NCBI GenBank assembly: GCA_964276515.1
Contig: OZ193909.1
Span: 5,642,001-5,706,000, forward strand
Direction of reading: 5' to 3'
Origin: Gordius albopunctatus
Taxonomy: Eukaryota
DNA length: 64,000 nt
Shown here piece by piece: positions 13,277 to 23,600 of the stretch. Each line of letters begins with the position of its first letter. Position 1 is the first letter of the stretch. A program made the translations under genes and the position numbers. The notes under the pieces are model-generated. The model had not been told where the DNA came from. It worked only from the letters and a program-made list of their open reading frames with translations, and did no database searches.

Positions 13277-14402
13277 TAGATAAATAAATGAAACTTATTT
13301 TTGCCTTTAATCTAACCAATTAAATTGAAAAATTGGTCCCCAAGCCTTGCAAATTTTTTAAAAAAAGGGAAACAAATCTCTTTACTATCCCATGATAATC
13401 GCGAGTCGTTTTTTATACGACAGAAAATCGGCATAGCTATATGTTAATATCAGTCTTGTTAACGCTCCTTTTTAAAAGTAGCGACTCCCGCTCCCGCTCC
13501 TACCTTCTCAAAAGGAGCGAACTCCCGCTCCTGCCAAGATTTTCAATACAAAAATCCTTAAAAATTAAAAAATTATGTTTTGCCCTCCCCCCTAATTGAA
13601 TTTAAAAAAATTTCGTCCACCCCCCTTTCCAAAATCTGGCTACGCCCATGATTCGAGGGGATCAGAGGACTGATTTATAAGTTTTTATAATTAAAAAAAA
13701 AACTTAATAATTATTTTACTCGCCTCTATCTAGCTAGATTATGAGGTCCATGAAAATTTTTTAATCATATGAGATTCAGATTGACACTAAAGTTAGATGT
13801 CCACGCGGTATACCAAGATGGTCGTAAATATCGTGGGTATTCTAAGATCTTTTTAATGATATGTAACGTAAAAAGGGTTTAAGAATGGTTCAGCAACCTT
13901 TGCAATAAATAAAGGAATAGGTCAAAGAGAGGCACTTTTACCGGGGGTTAACCTATACGCGGAAGTGGCTAAATTATATGATGCTATAAATAAAGCTGGC
14001 CGGGAAATGTCCGATATTTTTAAAACTAAAAGGAATTTAAGGAATCTGAAAAAGCTATTTTACCCCTGGCCACCCTGGGCATCTACGGCTAAATTTTCGC
14101 ACAAATCGGACCGGTGTAGGGTTATCAGATTCACATGTTATCAGATTCATATGCGTAATAGAACGCACTAATTGGCTACAAGCGTAAAAGTAAACAAGAT
14201 CACGTGATTTTCGCCACATCGCCATTGGTTATGAACTTTATACAGAAGAATTGAACACGTAGAAAACACTCGTTAGGAGAATAATAAACAAGTGTGACCA
14301 GATTCAAATTCAAGTAAGAAATATATTGATACATGCAATATTTTTATATAAAGCTGTAGATAAAGAAATTAAGTAAGAAATATATTGATACTGTATATTT
14401 CT

Positions 14403-14843
14403 ATTATACACATATAAATTCAGATTATTATATTTGACTGGAACATACAGAATTTATTACTTTTTACAAATAAAATAACATCACTTAAGTAAGTAATAAA
14501 AAGTTATTGTTAGTTACAATTTCTTTTATAAAAGATTTGTATACTTGTGTTTGTTTATTTCTCATATAAATTCAGATTATTGTATTTGACTGGAACATAC
14601 AGAATTTATTACTTTTTACAAATAAAATAACATCACCTAATTAAGTAATAAAAAGTTATTGTTAGTTACAATTTCTTTTATAAAAGATTTATATAGTTGC
14701 GTTTGTTTATTTATATTATACACATATAAATTCCGATTATTATATTTGACTGGAACATAGAGATTTTATTACTTTTTACAAATAAAATAACATCACCTAA
14801 TTAAGTAATAAAAAGTTATTGTTAGTTACAATTTCTTTTATAA
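14403..14843. repeat. Three tandem ~152-160-bp units inside the Ginger-like element
   Basis: CATATAAATTCAGATTATT..GACTGGAACAT.. recurs at 14411, 14563 and 14723. Confidence 0.9.
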
Positions 14844-14858
14844 TATTCTTATTCAGTT

Positions 14859-15498
14859 ATGCCTAGTCTTTCTGCAGATGAGATTTATCAATACCTTACA
14901 CATAATATCATATCTGATAAATTTGATATACAGCAAAAATCTTATTTAAAAAGAAAATCCAAAGATTTTTTTGGGATAATAATTTGCTTTATTATAATAG
15001 GTCAATAAAAAAGTTTGGAGAACCTACAAGTATTTATATTAGATTATTGTTTTACAATATATTCTAGAAATATGTTTGAGGGTATTACTACATGAAGAGG
15101 AAAAAAAATGAAAAATAGAAGGAGATGGAAACAGTCTTTGTCGTTGTATCAGTCAAGTTATTTATGGAGATCAAGAATAACACGGGATTATCCGTAGATT
15201 TATTATAGGACAGGCATTAAGTTTGAATATACATATACCAAATCTTAATGCCTTATTCTTTCCTGAAAATCGAAAAACCGCTTTGAATAAAAGAATGGAA
15301 TTAGGCACGTGGGGCACCGAAGTAGATTGCCTTATAACAGCCTCTGTGTTGAATGTACAGCTATATGTTGCAAATACCGACTATAGTAACTGGTCTGTCT
15401 ATTCAACCCCTCATCCAACATTATCATTATTTGGGATCTACATTTTAGCTTCTCCTAACCATTTTTCTGTAATAAATGATAGCTTTATAAATAGATGA
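14859..15498 (+). pseudogene. Decayed transposase N-terminus fused to an OTU-like cysteine protease domain
   Basis: MPSLSADEIYQYL..KSYLKRKSKDF resembles the region preceding Gypsy-type integrase zinc fingers. From 15112: KIEGDGNSLCRCISQVIYGDQE*HGIIR ... GTWGTEVD ... IYILASPNHFSV, matching the OTU Cys-loop, WG and His-loop motifs. Stops and a frameshift are present. Confidence 0.75.
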
Positions 15499-16945
15499 TT
15501 TATATATTCATTCTATTTTATTTGTTTTTATGTAATGTTAATAAATTGTCATACCATTCTAGTATTATTGTATAATATATATAAATATAAGGATAATGAA
15601 GAATTAAGTCATACGCCCGAAGGGCGAAAATGATCAAAACGCATTATAAAATTATCATTTAAATTGAGTACTAATATACCCGCAATCTCTATATACAAGG
15701 AACTAATGTAAGTTAAATACCCGTGTTAAATACCTGGAAAAATAAATATTAATTATTTTTTTTTAATTTGACTTGTATTAGCACCTTCCTTGTTTATTTT
15801 AGATGTTGAGTGAGATAATTTGTTTAAAAAAATTAAGAATTTACTCGCGACAGATATATAAAAAATTAAATGTAATATAAATGATTTTCACAAAATTATA
15901 GGATTTATACCAAATTCGCAATAAAAAATACATATTATAAAAGATAGGGCTCAAAAAATATAATATAAATGATTTTTACAACTATTATAAAATTAAAAAA
16001 TTATTAGAGCCAAAAAAATAGCTATCAATATAGATACATGTCATTCAATTTTAATTTAACCCAATAAAAAACTATTTAATTTGTTTACAAATTCAAAAAT
16101 GGCTGTCAATCACGACATATGTCAATACAAGTCAGATTGACAATTGAATCTGACAATATGTGAATATGATAACCTTACACCCGGTAGTTTCAGAATTAAG
16201 CCCTTATCCACATACATACATACACACATAATACATACACTTTACTTTATATATATAGACTAGCTGTTCCCGGCCAAGCGTTGCTTTGGCTTAGTCCTTA
16301 ATTAGTTAAATAATTAGTATGTAGAAACATTTATGAAAACTTTTGGGACAATCGTTTATGATGTAAAAAATATAGGAAAAGGCCTCCTTATTCATAATTA
16401 AATAGATTTGAATAGTTTAAAATACTTATAAGGTATTTGTTAATTTTATATATTGAAAAGTGGGATGTTAAGGATAGTATGCATAGTTGGGTAACAAAAA
16501 TTTATAAACCACTGCACTGGTGTATAAAAGTTAGTTATAATGTTAGACAATGTATGGAAAATATTTTAGTAAAGCGTTTATAGTAGTGTAATGTCATAGC
16601 CTAAAATCTATAGTATCAAAATGAAGAGATATTAAAAGATCTCCTTCAAATTTGGTTAAATGAAGGCTTTTATAATATTTGGTTGAACAGAGAAATAATA
16701 CAAAATTCCGCGAGTATAATGGAATGGAAGCGAAATATTTATGGATGCGAAAAAAAGTTAGAAATATAGTTATATCGTTATACCTAGTAAAAGATTGATC
16801 AGGTGAAGGTGTTATAGGTGAGGCATGATTATAATAAAAACCAGTATAAAGATAATGACTTAAAAAGTATAAAGTAAAAAAATTGATATAATAAGTTTAG
16901 ACCTGCAAGTGTAGTTAAAGTTTAAAAAGGGACTTATGGTATATT

Positions 16946-17111
16946 TATAAGGCTAGCCAGCATTGGAATTAGAGGGGGACAATAAAGATTTAGGCAGAAG
17001 TAAAATGATAATTTTTGAAATTTTAACCATAATTTTAATAAATTAAAAAAAAATTGATTTGAATGGGGGGGGGCAGCCACCCCTCCCTGCCTCCCTCTGG
17101 CTACGCCCATG
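16946..17111. mobile_element. Small hAT MITE (CATGGGCGTA-TIR family)
   Basis: Right end CTGGCTACGCCCATG, degenerate left end, perfect 8-bp TSD GGTATATT. Confidence 0.75.
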
Positions 17112-17368
17112 GGTATATTAATATTTTGATTGTACATATACGGTTTTCACTTTACCTGAGAGATGTTAATGTATGCCCGACCCGTCGGGCCGGGTTCGGG
17201 CCTGGCTTCGGACGGCCGAAATAAAATTATGCTTAAATTTACCTAATAAGTTTAAATAAGAATAAAACTGGAAGATTGATATGGTTGGTGGGGAAGAAAC
17301 ATATTAGTATTAGTAGATAGGCTAAAATGAAGATATATACAGCTATACCTGTTATGGAGTTATAAAAT

Positions 17369-18589
17369 TTAAAAATGCACATGTCCATTCAAAATCGTGG
17401 CTTCTTCAACTTTGCACATCAAGTGTTTAACCGCGAGACGTAAACCATTGCAAAGTTTTGGCTGACTGAAATTGCACATCTCGATACTTGGTACGCCAAT
17501 TTTCAAATGCAAAATGTGAGGTGGCATCCCTGCCAGATCATCTGAATTGAAAGATTCTATTGAATAACTGGCGTCGTCAATAACAAAAGCAGTGTCAACC
17601 GATTTGTAAGTAATTGGTTTGCCTTGAATGTTAGAAAGAATGAGATTGTTAAGCTCGTGGACGTCATTATTCTTGGGGGCGAGAATAGCCCATTGGCGGA
17701 GCCAAAGTCGATCATGATAATTAGCGTTAATATTTGGAAACACTTTATCAACCAAGCAGTTTAGATGGAACAAAATTGCAAATGTTGGTAGGAAAAGAAA
17801 TACGTCCTGAGCATATATCAACGTGCACGGTTCCCTTCCAAATTTCTAGCAATTAATGGGAGAATATCTCACATGCAGGATGATTTTGAAATACTACACG
17901 CATATTAGTAGTTAGATTTAATGTTTTGGCATAAGGCACCAAAATATAATATTTTAGGCAGGCATTAATTTCGTCCGCAGGGGTAGATCGTAAGAGAACC
18001 GGTATAGTTTGCCTGAAATCTCCTGCAAGCAATAATCTTGCGTTACCAACAGGTTTGAGGGTTCTTTGTAAATCTTGCGATTACCGATTAGAGCGATATA
18101 ATCCATTGTGCATTCATCCCAAACGATAAGTTTGCGCTTCTGTAATACTCTACCCATTCCATATGTTCTGGAAATTTTGCACATTAGAGTTTCACAATAA
18201 TAAGTGTTTAAAGCCAATTTTTATGCTGAATGAGCAATTTTTCTACCGTGTAATTAATTATGTTACAATCCTTCCGTAAGACGCTAGAGCCACGGCTATA
18301 TTAATTTGGGAACGAATAGTTGCCAGAGCAATGTGAGTAGGAAAGTTTTACCAGTTCCTCCTCAAGCATCTGAGAAGAAGACTTCTCTATAACCTTTATT
18401 AACAGCAAGCAAAATCTTATTGTAAATGTCTTTTTGTTGCGTCGTCGCTATCACTGGAACATTAGATAGGATGAAAGACAAAAGATCATCTTGGTTGTAT
18501 TTTTGTTTACGATGTAAGTCTATATAAAATGGAGCAACAGCAGATCGACATAATACAGGCATACCCAGTTGATTCAAATTTAAGTTCAA
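17369..18589 (-). pseudogene. Helitron PIF1-like helicase remnant
   Basis: FFSDA*GGTGKTFL (Walker A), KLIVWDECTM (Walker B), AILAPKNNDV, GMPPHILHLKIG, LCNGLRL; many stops and frameshifts. Confidence 0.92.
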
Positions 18590-18969
18590 TTAGGGTGGGG
18601 GGGGGGGGCAAAATATAAATTTTTAAGGGCTTTAATATCCAATTTTTTTTGTCATTTAAGGGGGGGGGGCATAAACCCAAGGATTATCTACTTAGACTAT
18701 TGCGTTCCGCAGTTGAATGGGCTGATATAACTGCATTTCAAGTTTGTCGGTTAACCATTGTCTGCATTTATAAACTTACCGTTAAAGTAATCTTTTTGTA
18801 CTTTTAATATTAATAACCGAACTTCATATAACTGGCAAAAAAGCTCGAAACGTGAGAATGTTTCTAAAAGCGCGCGTTATATTTATTTAACAAAATGGTG
18901 ATGTTTTACGGTATCGAAAATATTTATTTGTTACAGCTTTATATGTTGTAAAAAAACGAGCGTAGTTAT

Positions 18970-19399
18970 TAGAGGTGTGCACGGGTCAATCCGATCCGTC
19001 CGAACTCGGATCGGATCAACATTTTATTTTAGTCGGATCGGATTTTCAAATTTAAAATAAGAAATAATAAGTTTATCTTTGGATTTTTTTTTACTTTACC
19101 ATTTTTGATGCCCAATACCACCTCTCACCTTACTTACCCTAACATATTTATCAGTATTTCCCTAGCTAGGCTTTCTTGTTTGGCGAGAAAGGAGCTAGTG
19201 TCAAGTCAATGATAAATCAGCATCTCCCTTTTCCTTTTTAGCACACGAAATCAATAAAAAGTTCTGTTCGTAAAATTTCAATTAAAAAATTTCGGATCGA
19301 ATTTAGATTTTAAAATACTCGGATCGGAAGGATATAAAATTTTTCAAAAACCCCTCGGATCGGATATGATCAAAAAAATTTGATCCGTGCACACCTGTA
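18970..19399. mobile_element. hAT-like MITE with TCGGA subterminal repeats
   Basis: TIRs TAGAGGTGTGCACGG / CCGTGCACACCTGTA; no clear TSD. Confidence 0.7.
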
Positions 19400-19653
19400 A
19401 GTTGAATATAAAATTGAGACACAAGTGACAAAGCAATCGTGGAAAAAAGTTTAAGGTAATTAGTTTACCATAACGATAAATAAGTATAAAAACCGTGATG
19501 ACGGTAGACTACCAAAAAACAGGGTTACGGCTGTCGCAGTTCGATAAAAAGTATCTATAAACCATCTACAATGCTAAGGCAGCCAAATTTGGTGGCAATC
19601 AGTTGAGAACTCTAAAAGTTATTAGCGTTCAAAAAAAGGGACTTAGATTTATG

Positions 19654-20446
19654 AATTGCTATGCAATTTATGGGCTCGTTTTTGGTCGTGCGTCCGTCGT
19701 CCACCAAGTTATTTACACCAGCTTCCCGACCTGGAGGTTGCGGGTTCGAGACCCGGAGAGGACAAAATTTTTTTTTTAAATTAAATTAATATTTTGTTCT
19801 TGTTAATACCATTGATAATATGACTTTTTGACCGTCCGCAGGCTACTGACCAAATCGAAATTTTTAATTTTTCGTTTTTGAATAGTTTAACATTGATAAT
19901 TACCCTATGCCCTCCCCTACAAGGGCCTATGGCTCTATTTATATGGTTCCCTGTTCCCCTCCAAAGGCTTATGCCTCTATTTAATGTGGGTTCGAATCCC
20001 GGAGAGGGCAAAATTTTTATTTTTTTAATTAATTTAATATTTTGTTCTTGTTAATACCATTGATAATATGACTTTTTGACCGTCCGCTGGCTACTGACCA
20101 ATGAAAAAATGAACATTGGCCAAATAAATCCTAATTTTTCGTTTTTCCTTTTTGAATAGGTTAACATTGATAATTGAAAAAAATTACCATTGGCCAAATA
20201 AATCGAAATTTTTTGTTCGTTTTTGAATAGGTTAACATTGATAATTACCCTATACTTTTTAATAATTGCTATGCAATTTATCTAGTTTTTGGGTTAGAAT
20301 CCCGGAGTTTTTTTTGACTCTTATGATTGTTCTTGTTACTATCAATGATAATAAGACTTTTTGGCCGTCCGCTGGCTGCTGACCAATGAAAAAAATTACC
20401 ATTGGCCAAAATGTGTATCCGAGTTTATTTTTTCGTTTTTTTTGAA
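19654..20446 (+). mobile_element. Helentron-associated element, 3'-truncated copy 4
   Basis: SubTIR at 19654, GTCC microsatellite, units near-identical (inverted) to parts of copy 2. Confidence 0.7.
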
Positions 20447-20627
20447 TTTCAATTGAAATGCATGTATTTTAAAATAATTAAAAGCTTGGTGTTTGCAATA
20501 TTTAAACCAGATAATCTATAATACAAAGTTTCTAGTAAGCTAGCAAATAAATAAAAAACTAAGGATGATAATAAAAAGACTGGCTGATATTTTGTAATTT
20601 ATTTTCAATACAACAAGTCAATTTTTG

Positions 20628-23600
20628 TTATATGGAAACATCATCGTTTAGAGCGAAGGATGAAGAAACTTTCTCAATTTCCAATTTAAATGGTTCTATC
20701 AACGGGTTTAATTCCAGGCGCAAATATTTATCCACCTAAACGAATTTATGAATATAGAAATTTAAAATTATGAAAAATATTAATAGGTTTAAAATCGATA
20801 TATACATTTAATCATGGGCGGCCAGTATTAGGATTAGAGAGGGGCAAAATAATAATTTTTTTAATTTTAGCCATAAGTTTAATAAATTTTTGGATTTAAA
20901 GGGGGCAGCCACCCCTCCCAAACATAACTTTATATGCAATACTACTTTATCGATGAACCATATATGCCCACCATTGCTATTCCGATAAAACTTAATTCAA
21001 AACTTGGATTAATTATCCGCAGAGAAATGAGCGCTTTTAAACATTTATCAGCATGATATTTTATGAAACGCTTACTGCTCATACGATATGCCAATATTAT
21101 AGACAAGGATATACTCTAAAAGTCAGCTAATTAAATAATAAATCTATTTAATCTCATATTTAACATTAAAAATGAGACTATTATGGTGATGTATACCCAT
21201 TCAGTAATTGACTTGAAAATTAAACCAGACACATTGCGTTTATCGATATAATCTTGACTTATTTGTAGCTAGTATAAAATTTTCAAGTAGCCCACTAAAA
21301 AAGTTCAGTATATATTTCACCAAATTGTTCTCTAGTTTAAATTGCTGCATAGACTATATTTTCTCTCAAAAAAGGCTAATCTGGATTATTATTTTCAATT
21401 TAATGGCATTCCGTCCCCTATCTTGAGAACATCGCAACTAAGTTTATCAAATACTTGAGCAACATCATATAAATCGTCATTTCTGCCAAACGCGATATTA
21501 AGATGCTAAGCCTTTGAGAAAAACCTTACCTCAACCTCATTATAAGATCTTCACGAAATCTCTAAGGTAATTTTAACATTTTGCCTCGCTTATCAATAAT
21601 TTAACGCAAATACTTTAAAAAATTTTTATAAAAAAATTACATAAAGTTTAAAATACAAACTTGTTGTGGGGCCAGGCCCACATATTTGACAGGATCTAAA
21701 ATGTCATCCAGAGAGTCTTTTATGGGGGCGAAGTAAGGGTCTTGCTTGAGCAGCGCTATCAAATTGTTATCTTCTCCACGTTGTTTGACAGCAGCGGCTG
21801 CACTCTGGGATAAAACTCGGATCTTTTCGTGACATTCCTAAGAATGTTCTTCATAGATACATTTTCGGGAATTGTCGAGGGTGTTAAAAAATTATGACCC
21901 CTTTTCACACTCTTCATCGTTTCCCCCTTCGTGTTTTACTGAACCCCTGACCCTCGTTGGCTTGCAAAATTTCTCGCGTGTTTTTTAATAAATTTTTCAT
22001 ATACTTATACCGCGCGATCGCTTTTATAATATTTACATGAGGAAATATTGATAAATAAAAGAAGAGTTAGGGGGATATCCCGATTGGGATTCCCCCTTCT
22101 CACATAAATTTTTTAACACCCTCGAAAATTCCCGAAAATATATCTATGAAGAACATTAATTATGAGGGTAAAAATCTTCTTAAATATTCCTAAGAATATT
22201 AAACAACATTAGGCGAATAAACTTTAAAATATAAAAAGGTTTACTTTAAAAATTATTTATTAATTTGTAAATCAACCTAGCTTTTTAGGTTTAAAAAGGA
22301 GGTTTTTGGTCTGAACTCCGTCATAAATCTGTACCTAAGTCTTTAAATGTTAGAATGCAATCGACGAATGAATCTAATCAATAGTAGAAGTATTAGTAAT
22401 ACTATTACAAGCGTCTAAAACAGATTTGAAGGAGGTTTTTAAGTTGGAGGCAAGGTTATTAATTGTTTGAGGGCTGTTAAAAAAGATACACATAACTATT
22501 GTTAAGAAATTAAGATTTTACTTGACGATTACAGCCTTTCTTCACCATTTCCATGAGGATATTTTCTGTAGCCATAAACGGTAACTCAGCTCGAATGTTT
22601 TTTTCTATAACCTAAAAAAACATCCATATCCGTATTAAAACAACTAAGATCGACGAAGAGCAAATTTTATAAAAAGCAACTTCATTTCAGGTGTGAAATA
22701 TAATTAATAATAAAGAATCACATTTTATGTAATTTAAATTGAATTTCGTAAAATTTTATACTCACATTACATTAATTTATAATCTTTATAAACCTTCATC
22801 TTATATCAATCTATGACGTTAATTTAATTATCTTCTAAACAACAATAATTATCTAAATTTAAGAATTTTAATGAAAAACTTTAAAAACATTATTTCAATC
22901 TTGTAGACAAGCTCATACTACCAAATTTAACCTTGTCAAACAAAAACTAAAAGCTCCCCTACTTTGGGATAAACTTCCAAGCCCGAGCTTATTTTTTCCA
23001 GGGATATGAGTAGAGCGTCAGCGCACAAAAAGGCTTCGGGCAAGCAAATCCTTCTATTAGCGCTGTCGTCGAGCGTCCTTTCGAGCCACTGAATCGCGCC
23101 CGTGTGCAGTGGATCATTGCTGATTACCATTAGATGACGCGCTAAGCTGCAGCAGCGTTCGCTAAGCATGGGATTTCTTTTATAAGCCATGGCACTCGAA
23201 CCTTAATATTTTATGTGACGATTAATAAAAAATTTTATCTTATATTTAAAAACAAAGGCATATAAAAGTACTAGATGAACCCGGCAAACGTTGTTTTGCC
23301 ATTTACCCGGATGTATTAAATTATGTAGGAATTTTAGGGCATATATGATGATAAAGCGGTTATTGAAGTAAAAATAAAGTTTGATAATTTTTAAACAAAT
23401 AGTTAAAGAGTGTCCAAGGCCCAGGCCCACCCAAAAGAGAAAAAATGACCCCATGACCCGCCTTCAAGAGAAAAATCTTTGGCCCCCTGGCCCTTGAAGC
23501 AATTTTCAATTATTTGTTTTTGAATAAAACTTTTAATTCTGAACTTAATAATGTCCGAAGAACTGAGATATATTAACATTTATTGGCACTTTGTTAATTT

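Larger units (their letters stand above)
7451..13280 (-). mobile_element. Non-autonomous Helitron (family H1, copy a) with nested insertions
   Basis: 3' end CTAG at 7451-7454 next to hairpin GGCCAA..TTGGCT. The 5' end TCTATATATATAAAG is restored when the H2 insertion (10293-13276) is removed. A/T flanks at 7450 and 13281. Confidence 0.75.
14115..16179 (+). mobile_element. Ginger1-like TIR DNA transposon, internally deleted
   Basis: ~35-bp TIRs TGTAGGGTTATCAGATTCACATG.. / ..TGTGAATATGATAACCTTACA; CCGG on both flanks (one extra C on the right); integrase-type N-terminus and OTU domain inside. Confidence 0.72.
13995..16259 (-). mobile_element. Helitron family H1, partial copy b (5' part)
   Basis: 13995-14110 and 16181-16259 match H1a at 10018-10292; 5' terminus TCTATATATATAAAG at 16259. 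3' end not located. Confidence 0.7.
16260..19652 (-). mobile_element. Helitron (copy c) retaining helicase remnants
   Basis: 3' CTAG at 16260-16263 with the same hairpin as H1a; PIF1 fragments inside; 5' region ends where the HINE at 19654 begins. Confidence 0.75.

Noticed and set aside
19699..19764. Functional D-armless tRNA gene
   Set aside because: Mismatches in the acceptor, anticodon and T stems and location in a dispersed repeat; kept only as a tRNA-like module.
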